The notes under the pieces were generated by a model, which was given only the letters and a program-made list of their open reading frames with translations, was not told where the DNA came from and did no database searches. Positions 30,193 to 42,539 of a DNA stretch of 64,000 nt are shown here, piece after piece. The stretch comes from the human T2T-CHM13v2.0 reference genome, Homo sapiens: NCBI RefSeq assembly GCF_009914755.1, contig NC_060930.1; one strand, written 5' to 3'. A program made the translations under genes and the position numbers. Position 1 is the first letter of the stretch, and each line of letters starts with the position of its first letter.

Positions 30193-30230
30193 CTTAGCTG
30201 CTACTGCAAGGCAAGCTGATGTGGAGATGG
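30193..30230 (-). pseudogene. Candidate fossil exon (38 nt)
   Basis: Acceptor ttttattttgtctccAG, donor aag|GTGACA; PSPHQLALQ*QL. Confidence 0.4.
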
Positions 30231-30904
30231 CTGGAGACAAAATAAAACTGAATTATCCTTGAATGGTCATTGAGTAATTTAGCCTAGCTGTCAACAAGGC
30301 CCATGTTCTGCCTGCAGCTTCATTTTTCCATAGGATATTTAGGCTGAGTAGTTTTTCTAGCAAAGGGAATAATTTATATTTAGTAATTATCTTTTATTTA
30401 GCTGTGCTCTCTTACCTAGTTCACGTCAAATGTATTTGTGAGATGCCTTGCCAAATTGAAGACCGTGGCACAAAACCAGATTAAGTGATCCAAACAAGAA
30501 ACAGCACAGGACCTTGATTTAATTAACACAATTACAAACTGAATGTTCAGACTGAGGTTTGCTTAAAGCAAACGACACACACACATATTTTGAGCCAAAG
30601 CACTACACAGACAATTATGCAGCAATAAAAGTATAGGTGGTAGCTACATTAACGATGCAACAGATTCTTCATATATGTCAAAAGAGCATAGATCATGCAT
30701 CACTCATTTCTAACTTGTATACACACCAAATGACACTTAAACTTAATTTAACAAATCTTTTTGACGGTTCTTGGCTTAGATTTTTCTCCTATAAAATGAG
30801 AGTTGCATTAGATGTTCTCTGAGGTCTCCTTTCACTGTGTAATTTTTCAGGTTTTTGAGTCTTAATTTTAAATCACTTAATAAAGAGTTGTTGTATAAGG
30901 GGGT

Positions 30905-31067
30905 TTAGTTTTGTTTTTTGTTTGTTTGTTTGTTTGTTTTACTTTTATTTTAAGTTTAGGAGTACAAGTGCAGGTTTGTTACATAGGTAAACTTATGTCA
31001 TGGGGGTTTGTTGTACAGATCATTTCATCACCCAGGTATTAAGCCTAGTACCCATTAGTTATTTTTT
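30905..31067 (-). mobile_element. L1PA (about PA13-age) 3' end fragment
   Basis: gtgcaggtttgttacataggtaaac...cacccaggtattaagcctagtacccattag. Confidence 0.9.
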
Positions 31068-31815
31068 TATTAGCCTTTGGCTAAACTATGATATGTTCTC
31101 TGATTCTTTAGTGGCTAGCTCCTACTGGATCTTCAGTACATCTCTGATAAATGAGTAAACCTGGAGTCCTTCTTATCAGCTTATTAGGGAAAGGAGGTTA
31201 ATTTGGATCTTATGCTTTAAATATCTCTATGAGATCAAACAGCTATGAAGCTTGCATATCTGAGTGATAATGAATAGTCAGAGACCACAGATGTTCTAAT
31301 AGATATTGATTTTAAAAGTCAGTCTAATTCATGAGATATGAAATAGGTCAAGTAGTGAGCACTAGTGGCCATTTCCTTTGAATAATGTACAAAAGAATGT
31401 TAATTGTGATAAAACTTCATTAATCTGATTTTCATTTATTTGATACTTTTGATGGTTTAGACAGTGGCTGGATTGAGTTTTTGCCTTGCTAAACAACTCT
31501 TTATTAAGTGATTAATGTCATAATTAAGATTTCTGGGAAATATTTATAGTATTACAAAACATTTTGCAAACTTGATAATTATTCCAGAAATTCTCACTTA
31601 TATGTGAATACTGATACAGACAAGCCAGTCACCGATGTATCGTCCCCAAAAGATATCTGCTGCTTTACTAGATTAGTTTGAGTCACTTTAGACAATTTAA
31701 ATTAATTCAAATGTGTTTCCATGAAAATAATCTATCATGTAGTCTTTTCTCTAATTTCAACTGGTCCTTCTGTTTATGAACTGAAAGTTTTGAAAGTGTT
31801 ATCATATTTTACTAG

Positions 31816-32030
31816 AGGAGAACAAAATACACTGGAGACTTTCAGAGGGTAGAGGATGGGAGAAGGGAGAGGATCAGGAAAAATGACTAATGGGTACTAG
31901 GTTTAATACCTGGGTGATAAAATAATCTTCACAACAAACCCCCATGACACAAGTTTACCTATGTAACAAACCTGCACTTGTATTACTGAACTTAAAATAA
32001 AAGTTAAACAAACAAACGAAAACCAAAAAT
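31816..32030 (+). mobile_element. L1PA (about PA13-age) 3' end fragment
   Basis: gggagaggatcaggaaaaa...gtttacctatgtaacaaacctgcac...aaataaaagtt. Confidence 0.9.
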
Positions 32031-32232
32031 AAGCTCCCTTATACTAGAAAAACAAAAAAAGTTGCATCAAGGGTAGGTTATCTTTTTTGTCATAAAAAAA
32101 TCAAAATTTCTATAAAGTGGAATGGGTCATCATAAACTTTGACTTTCAGTATAGTTATTTTTCTTTTATAACCGAAACACTTTCCAGGACTAATCAAGGG
32201 GCTCCAGTCTCTTGTGAGCCAAAATAACATAT

Positions 32233-32351
32233 CTGCAGAAGATCTGATCCTCAATTCATCAGAAAGAAAATTCTTGAGCAAACAGGAACAGTGGTTACCA
32301 TGGAGATTGCTGGAGATTATAGATTCTGTACTGTGTTCTTCATTGACATTT
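32233..32351 (-). pseudogene. Candidate fossil exon
   Basis: Acceptor ttttactagttttgtAG; KCQ*RTQYRIYNLQQS; donor is either atg|GTAACC (32299) or a decayed cag|ATATGT (32233). Confidence 0.35.
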
Positions 32352-32394
32352 CTACAAAACTAGTAAAATGCAAACCAGTGTCTATATTCATCAA

Positions 32395-33428
32395 TTATTT
32401 TATTTTATTTTTTAACTTTTATTTTAAGTTCAGGGGTACACGTGCAGATTTGTTATATAGGTAAACTCATGTCTCAGGGGCTTGTTGTACAGATTATTTC
32501 ATCACCCAAGTATTAAGCCTAGTATCCATTAGTTATTTTTCTTGATCTTCTCCCTCCTCCCACCCTCCACCCTCCAATGGGCCCAAGTGTCTGTTGTTCC
32601 CCTCTATTTGTCCATGTGTTTTCATCAGTTAGCTTCCACTTATAAGTGAAAACATGCAGTATTTGGTTTTCTGTTACTGCATTAGTTTGCTAAGGAGCCT
32701 CCAGCTCCATCTACATCCCTGCAAAGGATATGATCCTGTTTTTTTTATGACTGCGTAGTATTCCATGGTCTATAGGCACTACATTCTCTTTACCCAGTCT
32801 TCCACTGATGGGCATTTAGGTTGATTTCATGTCTTTGCTATTGTGAATAGTGCTGCAACGAACATACACGTGCATGTGTCCTTATAAAAGAACAATTTAC
32901 ATTCTTTTGGATATATACCCAGCAATGGGATTGCTGGGTCAAATGGTAGTTCTGCTTTTAGTTCTTTGAGGAATTGCCACACTGCTTTCCACAATGGTTG
33001 AACTAATTTAAAAACTCTCATCAATGGTGTATAAGTGTTCCTTTTTCTCCACAACCTTGCCAGCATCTGTTATTTTTTGACTTTTTAATAATAGCCATTC
33101 TGACCTGTGTGAGATGGTATCTCACTGTGATTTTGATTTGCATTTCTCTAGTCATCAGTGATGTTGAGCTTTTTTCATTTGCTTGTTGGCTGCATGTATG
33201 TCTTCTTTAGAAAATTGTCTGTTCATGTCTTTTGCCCACTTTTTAATGGGGTTGTTTTTTTCTTGTAAATGTATTTAAGTTCCTTATAGATGCTGGATAT
33301 TAGACCTTTGTCAGATGCATAATTTGAAAAAATTTTCTACCATTCTGTAGGTATCTGTTTACTCTGTTGACAGTTTCTTTTGCTGTGCAGAAGCTCTTCA
33401 GTTTAATTAGCTCCCATTTTTTCAATTT
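32395..33428 (-). mobile_element. L1PA, 5'-truncated, about 1 kb
   Basis: QPLWKAVWQFLKELKAELPFDPAIPLLGIYPKE (ORF2 C-terminus) plus 3' UTR. Confidence 0.95.
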
Positions 33429-34545
33429 GTCACTCTGGCCTCAAATTTTTTAAGTAGTCATAAAAATGAGACAATATGTGTGCATGCATATAAGATCAAC
33501 ACTTCATTCTTAAAAGGGTTCTTTTAGCAGTAAACTTTCTACTCAAAGAGAATCTGACAGTTTTTAAAGAAAGGGACCACCCACATTCCTTAGGCTGCTG
33601 TTACAAAGGGAACAATATCTTTAAAGTTAGTATCTTTTTAGTTAGGTGGCTAAGAAAAAATTTTTCAAAAGTAATGCATTTCAAGATAGAGAAATGTGTT
33701 TTGAGCTAGTTTTGCCACCCTCCAATTTCAATTTAAAATATACTCCAAAACATTAAATTCTTTCTATTTTATCCTAATATTTTATTTACAGACAGACTTA
33801 TTAACCAATACGGTAAGTTTCATGATATTGGATCTAGGTTACTATAGGAAATACTCAAGCAGGGCTTAGCAGGAAAAAAAGTAGGTCATGCCATCCATAT
33901 ATCTGCCTCTGTCATTAAAAAAACTGCTTCTCTCGATGTGATCATGTCATCAACACTAACATGAACTTTTGATTTCTGCCTGTTTTTCTGGACTATCAGT
34001 TAGTATTGCTGGCTGCTTTTCCCCCCTGCTCCTCTGTAAACACCTGTAAAGGTGTTCATTTTAGGAAATCTTTTGTTTCAGAAGAAATCTAAAATTTGAA
34101 ATTTTTTTGTTTTCTTAAAATAGAGCTACAGAACATTTCATTGACTTAATACATGAGTGAAGAGAATCTGGATGAGGCAATTAAATATTTTCCAATCCTG
34201 ATAACATGTGCAGACAGAGCTGTATCAATACCCTCATAAAGAAAATTACACTAGAAAAATACTTTTATGTAGAAAACAACTTTTACAATATTAATTTTAC
34301 CCTGAATCATACTTTTAAATGTATAAGTTGCTGCTTACTCACAGTTGTGTTGCAAACAGAAAAATATAATATCAACTTATTATAAGACATTTGCCTACAT
34401 CTTAATTGCAACATTTATTATTGCATTCAAATGCATAGGTACAGATCTTCAATAAAATATTAAAATAAAAATCATAGGCAGATGATAACCTCTTTGTCTT
34501 TTAAATTATAAACTGCTTATATACTACTTCTGAGGTGCAGCATAC

Positions 34546-34629
34546 TTCCTCATAAATTGAAGGAAGCTGATCCTTTGAGAATATTGATCAAAAGATGACC
34601 AGCTGTGAAGCAGTTTGGAGTTCAGAGGT
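34546..34629 (-). pseudogene. Candidate fossil exon (84 nt)
   Basis: Acceptor ctccacttatctAG, donor gaa|GTATGC; TSELQTASQLVIF*SIFSKDQLPSIYEE. Confidence 0.45.
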
Positions 34630-35029
34630 CTAGATAAGTGGAGATTTTACATAACTATGTGGGGGAACCTGGTTCTCTTCTGGGTCTGCAGAATGTCTTG
34701 AACCTTTTTTCAATGTTTTGGGTTTGGCAAACCCAAAATATGTTTTGCTAAGCAGTTTTCTCTTCACTTTAAACCCATGTGTATTATAAAGGAAATTTAA
34801 TCCGTATGTTTTTGATTCTTTTACACTTAACTCATCAAAATGTTGTTTTGTAAGAGCTATTTGATGTCCAAGAAGACTTTGAGTCTTTTTATAACTTTAA
34901 AAAAGCTTCCCCCCGCTTAGAAACAGGAAGTTGTGCTTTTCTGAGAGTAAACAAACAAAAAACTTAGAAGCTAGTTTCTTAGAAGACTTCAAACCTAGGA
35001 TAAATTAATAATAATAAAGCAAACACTAT

Positions 35030-35200
35030 TTCCTTGGTTTGCTCTAAGCATTTTTCATGTTTTAAGTTATTTAATTCTTGCAACTATCATATGAGGGAAG
35101 TTCAGTTACTTCCTCTGTTTTAAGTTAAGTTACCTGTCCAAAGGTCATACAACTTATGAGGTGGAGCTGGGATTGGAAACTAGGCAGTTTATGTCCCAAC
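35030..35200 (-). mobile_element. MIR
   Basis: gttaagttacctgtccaaaggtcatacaact...gagctgggattggaaactaggc. Confidence 0.65.
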
Positions 35201-35837
35201 TTTCAGCAATTAAACATATTACCTATTTCTATAGTACTGTCCTGAAATTTAAGAATTTTGGATATTACTTAAAATTACTTATGAACCAGTAGAGTACTAG
35301 ATACTGAGAAGATTGTATTTTTACCCCTAAGAGAGTTTACTTTGTAATGGGCACACATGGACTAAAGGAAAAACAAAACAAAATAAGAAACAAACAACCC
35401 TGAATGAAATCCTGCACATTTTTTCGATATCATTCATCTAACACATACATATAGAATATCTACTAATGGCAGGCTCTGTTCTGGTCATTGAGGATACTGA
35501 GGTCATGGAGCTGGTATCTTGATGGATACTGTGTTCCTCCTCTAAGAGCAGACTTGGAACTTGGAAAAATGCCTAGATGGCTTCAGATGTTTCCAGCAGT
35601 GATAGGCAGGTCGAGAGGCAGCTGGGATGACCTGTAGCAACCCCCATCCAGCCTATGCTCTTGGGAGAACGTGTGTCCTGCAGAAGCTGTGGGTGTTTGG
35701 GGCATCCAGTCTCGCACTCCAGATGCCGGTGAATATTTTCTTCCTAGCAAAGTTATTCCTTTCCTCAAGGACTTCAAGAAGCTAGTATTCCTGTTTATGG
35801 AAAATAAGCTTTTTATCCTTAAAAGTCTTCACGAAGT

Positions 35838-36137
<300 letters not shown>

Positions 36138-37174
36138 TTAAAGGTCTTCAGGGAATTTTACTCTCCTTACTACACATTGGTATGTTTTACTGCATCTCAA
36201 TTATGAACAAGAGATTACAGTAAAAACGGGAGGAAGTTTAACAGTTAGTATGTCAACATTTATTTGAACATTTTATGGGTGTTTTTCTTATAAAAGCAAT
36301 ACAAACATATTAAAAACAATTTGGAAAACAAAGTTAAAAAATGAAGTTCTACCCACAAACATAAGTTTAGCTGACATTTCTGGTGAGTATAATTGTGTAG
36401 TTTTAAAAAAATATCAATAATTGTCTTGCATTTCACTTACATGCTTACTTTTTCAATAACTTATTAAAAGAAAAGGAAGACCATGTTTTATCTCTTAAAA
36501 TGAAATAATACAGTAGAATTTGGACCCTTGAATTTGGCTTTGCTTTACATTTGAGGAAGCTTAGGTTTTCTTTAAAAGAAGGAGATTTAAGACATCCTTA
36601 GGCTAATCAGAACTTTGATGACATGGCTTCCAATACAAAAAAATTCATTCAGGAAAGTGCGAGATGAAAGCTATGGGATGAGAGTTGTAGTGTGGTGAGG
36701 AAAAGTCAGCCAAAACTATACCTTTACTTAGGAAATGTGTCTTGGATTCCAAATCAAAATTCATTTAGTATGAAATGGAATAATTTAGAAAGAATGGATG
36801 CTACCAGTCCTCCCAGCCATATAAAACCCTAAAGTGGCTGGAAATAGCGAAACTTTGTCAGGCCTATGACAAATATATGCTTTTCTTCCAAGGCCTGAAA
36901 GAAAGGCTGAAATTAACTACATTTTGTGAAAATTACTCTTCTCATAAAGATTGTTTGTAAGAACACCTTTAAAAGGTTTAAAATGTAAAAACCTCTAAAA
37001 CTCTAAAATACGTTGAAATACAAGCCTAAAGTATTAAACACTGTAAATTTTCTCAAATAAAAGAAAAAAGAATAGTACTTTTATTTGTGTTGAGAAGTAA
37101 TGTAAAAACATACTAAATAAAAAAAATCAATGGGTTGAAAAAAGACTTATGTTTTTAATCTTTCCGTTAAATAC

Positions 37175-37240
37175 CTCTGAGTAACCAAAATGCTTTTGCT
37201 TCAAGTGGTTTTCCTGGTTCGGCCAATAAGTCTTTCTTAG
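37175..37240 (-). pseudogene. Candidate fossil exon (66 nt)
   Basis: Acceptor ttttcaaAG, donor gag|GTATTT; LRKTYWPNQENHLKQKHFGYSE; joining it needs a 1-nt indel in the upstream A9 run. Confidence 0.45.
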
Positions 37241-37362
37241 CTTTGAAAATTTTATTCAAATATCAAGGGAATGAAGAAAAATAAAGGTCCTTTAAAAGAA
37301 AAAAATGAGATCTCTGAGCCATGCAAGTTTCAATCTTTGAATTATCTTATTTGAAGGATTAC

Positions 37363-37507
37363 CTTTTTTTTTGCAGGCTTGTTATAGTTTTTTGTCATTT
37401 CACAATTTTCCCTTTAAGTACTTCCATGTCCTTTGTCATATTTGCCAGACCTATTCTTGTCTCCCTCAATTTGTCCTCTGATTGTTGGAAGCTGAGAGAA
37501 AGCTGCT
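37363..37507 (-). pseudogene. Fossil exon (145 nt)
   Basis: Acceptor attttatatactcAG, donor aag|GTAATC; EQLSLSFQQSEDKLRETRIGLANMTKDMEVLKGKIVK*QKTITSLQKK with a single TGA at 37395-37397. Confidence 0.65.
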
Positions 37508-37664
37508 CTGAGTATATAAAATGGGAAAATGTAGTCCACGTAGAAAGTAACACAGAATCTCTATCTTGTTTTTGTGTTACAATTATTATTCTCTCAATCT
37601 GGAATTTTTTTTCCTTTTAATAACACAGACGAAAGCAAAAAATTCTTGTGATTCTCAAGAATAC

Positions 37665-37696
37665 CTTTATGAATCAGTTCTTTCTCTAAACTTTCC
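37665..37696 (-). pseudogene. Fossil exon (32 nt, phase 2/1)
   Basis: Acceptor tttgatttctttttccaAG, donor aag|GTATTC; ESLEKELIHK; in phase with both neighbours. Confidence 0.6.
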
Positions 37697-38733
37697 CTTG
37701 GAAAAAGAAATCAAAAACGATGAAAAGCAATTGACTTCTAGCATGACTATCAAACAAAGGATTCACTCACAAAACTAATTTGTCATTCATATCCTAACCT
37801 TTTCATTATGCTGTATCCTCACTTAAAAAAGTCAGGAGTACTAATAGTTAATAATTTGCAAAATTTCAGGCTCTGCCTATTGAAAAAATACATATAGCTA
37901 CCAGTTCTAATAAGCCAAAACTAATAACAATGTCATCATTACCATAATGGCCTGGAATTCTTTGGCTCTCTGAAATCAGTGGTGGGAGTTCAAACCATTT
38001 AGTTTGCCAAAACAACAATTCATTCTATAGCTAATATATGTAGTCTTGCTTTCAAACTCTGGGGTCTTTGTTAGTGTGGGTGAAGACAATTGGGGGAAGT
38101 CTCCCACATTGTCCCCTTTTTGTTTTCATACTTTAATCCTACCTCTTCTCTGTTCCTGAAAAGATGGAAGGAGAGAGACGGATAGATATATAAGAATTAC
38201 AGAGAAGGGCAAAATCTCTGTGACTTTTTTTCTAAGTGGGCCCAGGATCATTGTTTACCTGAGTATTCATTAATATACTAAATTGAAGATCTACTGCAGA
38301 TCTCATGAGGTCTAAAGAGTTTCCTAGCTCATCTAACTCCCACTTTAAAGGCAACTTAGTTCATCCTGAAGTGTGACTCATGAATGCAGTTTTATTTGAA
38401 AAGAAAGAAGGAAGAAAAAGGTAAAAAATTCAGCTTACAAGTTTCCTAATCTGAGAACTGATTGCCAAATATATTGCATAGTTAATTTGGAAGGACAGGG
38501 TGAGTTAAACAAGAACACTTTACTCCCTACAAGTTAAAATATCAAGCTCAGGTTTTCTAGACTTCTTTTATAATTTTTGTTTTATTTTCTGGCTTTTATT
38601 TAAATTAATATTAAGCAGGGAGGCATTTAGATAGGTGAGGTTATATCAATTTTTATACTTCAAATTTTACTCAAGATTTTAATCCTAAACTGGACAGTTT
38701 GAGGAAACCTAAGCTGTTATTTCCCATTTAGAA

Positions 38734-38735
<2 letters not shown>

Positions 38736-38767
<32 letters not shown>
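38736..38767. repeat. (TG)n microsatellite
   Basis: Directly visible. Confidence 0.95.
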
Positions 38768-38768
<1 letters not shown>

Positions 38769-39039
38769 CGAGAGATATTCTAATATACAATCTGAACTGG
38801 ATTGGTAAAATTTGGGATATCTGGTACCTTTTGCTTTGACTCCAGAAGCTCGGATGGCTGGTCGGGGCCGAAGGGTGAAAATAAACAATAAAGAAATGGC
38901 AAGTAGTGCCTTAGGGTATAAGTATTCCAAAGAAAGCTGGGGAATTTTTTTTAATTTAGGCAAAAAATTAACAGTATACATTTCTTATTCCAAAGGAAGT
39001 TGTTTACCTCATATATATTTCCTGTTTTGTTGCTGCTGC

Positions 39040-39138
39040 TGTTCCTTCCTCTTCTCCTCCTTCCCTCCTTCTCTTCCTCTTTCTTCCTCTTCCTTCTTAT
39101 CCCCCATCCCCTTCTCCTCCTCTTCCTTCTCCTTCTTC
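39040..39138. repeat. CT-rich low-complexity tract
   Basis: Directly visible. Confidence 0.8.
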
Positions 39139-39603
39139 AATTTATCTCCCACTTTTGACAGTCACACATCATGAATCTAGTTGCCTAGAAAAGATGAAAC
39201 ACAAATAGCAAGTGTGTACATACAATGACAGAAATGAAAGGATCCAAAATAAATTGTTTTAAATGAGCTTTTCCCCTCATCTAAGTAGGAGAAAAAATTA
39301 AAAAATGGGAGGCAGTTATCTGGGGGAGCAAGAATGGGGCTAGTTACACAGAGAAGACAAAAGAGATCCTAGAAGCAAGAAGCCCAATTAGGGAAATGGT
39401 GAAAACCTTCTTGAATTTGAGTTCACTGAATCACCAGGTGGCTCTTACCTCCTGTAAGCCATCTCCTCTCTGGATAGGATTATAGTAGATCCTGTAAGTC
39501 TTTCACTTAAGTAGAAGCTAGCCAAGACATTTCTTTGCATAGAAGTTGGATGGCAGTGGCTAAAGCACTGAAATTTAGAAAGTCTATAAGAAAATCATCT
39601 CAC

Positions 39604-39707
39604 AGTGATGTTGAAATAACTGACTGTAGAGTCCTCAACTTTCACTTTTTATCATACAGTTGTTCCTTTGGTTTGGCCAGAAAGTGATGCTGACTTTTGA
39701 TTCCTGT
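39604..39707 (-). pseudogene. Fossil exon (104 nt, ends phase 2)
   Basis: TGIKSQHHFLAKPKEQLYDKK*KLRTLQSVISTS; donor ct|GTGAGA; joins in frame to the 37696 exon. Confidence 0.55.
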
Positions 39708-40902
39708 CTTAGGCAAAGTGTAAATGTAACTTTTTCAGGAGAAGAGGGAGAAGAGGATGAGAATGAAGCCTGGAAAAGCAGAGAGCATGGGCCTTGGTGT
39801 TTTCTCAGTGCTCTTAGTGAACAAGTGTGTGGGCTGTGAAGACAGCTTCCTGCCTGGGCAGAGGCTGTGGGAGGGCAGAGCCCCAGAGAGAAGGAATGAG
39901 CTAACTGGACACAAGATGATGCAGATGGTGTGCAGGCCCGAGATGCTGTGCCTACTTCTGGAGTTGAAATTAAAGGGAGGAAATAGCTACTCAGCAAAAA
40001 TGCTGCAAAGGTAAGGGGAAAAGAAAAAAGACAAATAGGGTGAACATTTGTTGGTTCCTTACCATGTGTAATGCTCCATACCAGGTAACAAAATAAATGC
40101 TAAGGCATTTGATCATTACAGCTCCACAGAGGAGGGTTTTTAATTTCCATTCCATAGATTGCTACATCTGAGAAATCTAGATTTCTAATAGATTCCTAAT
40201 AATGAGTTTCAGAAAACTTTAGTAATCAGAGCAAGAGAATAGATAGTATTTGAACCTAGCATTCTCTGTTTTCAAAGCCAATGATTCAGGTATATTCATG
40301 AAGAAACAGTAAAACACAGAAAAATTCTTCCCATTGAGGAGTTTATTTGACAAAAGAGATAGACTATCTTTGGAAAGAAGTTGACTACCCTGGCTAGATT
40401 TTAATACTCAGTGGGTCAGAGGGCAAAATGAATTGATACAGGGGAAAACCTCCTACTCTTTCAATGATGCTCACCCCCTAAATGAACATGTTGCAGTGGG
40501 AAATTCCTTGATATTAACAGTAGCTTCACAGAACAGACACAGAATGACTCACAATCAAATTAAGATGCATAAATGGCACAATATATATTGAATCAGTTTA
40601 AAACATATTGAGAAACAAGGAGAAAGGGATGGGTGGTGGTGGTGGGGGTGGGGGTGGGCGTGGGTGGGTGGGACTTGACACACCTAGAATAGCATCCAGT
40701 TGGGTGGAAGGAGTTTGTTGCCTGAATGCTGGAGTCTTCAATGTTCATACATCTTGTCTTCCTACTGGAAGGCATCAGCCTTCCCTGCTGACTGTGTGGT
40801 TATGAGGACCAGAATTGCAGGTGAGCAAGGGGCTCAGTACACAGAAGGTGCCTGCGGTCAACATACACTTGCTCCATTGGAAAGACGCAAGAAACAGTAC
40901 AC

Positions 40903-40992
40903 AGGCCAGAAAGTGATGCTGAGTAGCTAAAGCTTTAATCTCCTTGTTTCCGGCAGAATGAGGTCAATAATGGCTGACTGAAGAATGCTAAA
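40903..40992 (-). pseudogene. Candidate fossil exon
   Basis: Acceptor tttttggcAG; FSILQSAIIDL, then frameshifted NKEIKALATQHHFLA; donor uncertain. Confidence 0.35.
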
Positions 40993-41300
40993 CTGCCAAA
41001 AATATTTGATATCTCATAAGTGTTTTTATTCTTAAAAATTTGTTTTTAAAAACAATTTTATTGAGATATAATTGACACAAACTGCACATATTTAACATGT
41101 ACAATTTAATTAGTTTGGATATAAATATGTAACCATAATCCCAGTCAAGATAATGAACATATCCATTATCCCCCAAAGTATTCTTGTGTCCTTTTGTAAT
41201 CTATCTTTCTCTCCTCCCCAACCACTATTCTCAGACAGCCAGGAATCTGCTTTCTCTAATTACAGACTAGTTAGTATTTTACATAATTTTTAAATAAATG

Positions 41301-41685
41301 ATACATATATACCACAAAATACTATGCAGCCATAAAGAAGAATGAGATTATGTTCTTTGCAGGGACATGGATGGAGCTGCAGGCCATTATCCTTAGGAAA
41401 CTAACGTAGAAACAAAAAACCAAATATTGCATGTTCTCACTTGTAAGTGGGAACTAAAGACAAGAACACATGATACACAGAGGAGAACAATAGACACTGG
41501 GGCCTGTCAAAGGAGGGAGGGTGGGAGGAGGGAGAAGATCAGGAAAAATAACTAATGGGTACTAGGCTTAATACTGGGTGATGAAATAACCTGTACCACA
41601 AATCCTTATGACACAAATTTACCCATGGAACAAACCTGTACATCCTGCGCATGTACCCCTGAACTTAAAATAAATGTTAAAAAAG
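41301..41685 (+). mobile_element. L1PA 3' end nested in older L1
   Basis: tactatgcagccataaagaagaatgag...gggacatggatggagctg...ctgaacttaaaataaa. Confidence 0.9.
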
Positions 41686-41745
41686 GAAATATACAGAAAG
41701 TACTCCTTCTCTTGCCTGGCTTATTTAAATCAACATAATTATTTT

Positions 41746-41873
41746 GGCCTGGCATGGTGGCTAATACCAGTAATCCCATCACTTTAGGAAGCCAAGGCAG
41801 GAGGATTTCCTGAGGCCGATCTTTGAGACTTGTCTGGGTGGCATAGTGAGACCCTGTCTCTGAAAATAAAAAT
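41746..41873 (+). mobile_element. FLAM_C monomer, TSD ataattatttt
   Basis: Monomeric left arm with matching flanks. Confidence 0.85.
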
Positions 41874-42539
41874 AATTATTTTAAGATTCATCCTTGTTGT
41901 TGTGAGTGTTAATTGGTCACTCCTGTTTATTGCGGAGTAGTATTCCACTGTATTGATGTACCAAAATTTGCTTATTAGTTCACTTGTTAATGGACATTTG
42001 GGTCATTTCTAGTTTTTGGCTTTTACAAATAAAGCTGCTATGAACATTTGTGTATGACTTCCTCCTGACTTTTTAGAACAAGTCCTTTATTTCTTTTGGG
42101 AAAATATTTAGAAATGAAATGGTCAGATCATATCGTAGGCAATTTTAATGTTTTAAGAAACTGGTAAATGTTTTCTCAAGTGTTGTACCATTCTGTACTC
42201 CAGCAGCCACATGTTAGAATACCATTACTAAATATCTTGCCAACACTTGTTATAACCAGTTTTCTTAATTGTATGTTTCTAGTGTGTGTGTGATATCTCA
42301 ATGTGGTTTTAATTTTCATTTCCCTAATCTCTGCTGAGCATCTAGTCATATGCTTTTTTGTTTTTGGTGTTTCTTCTTTGATGAAATGTGCATTTAAATA
42401 TTTAGCCCATTTTTACGAAGCTGCTTGTCTTAATGTTATGTGATAAGAGTTCTTAATACTCTCAATATAAGTCCTTTGTCAGTTATTTTTCTTCTAGTGT
42501 GCAACTTGAATTTTTATTTTTGTTAACAGTGTCTTATCT

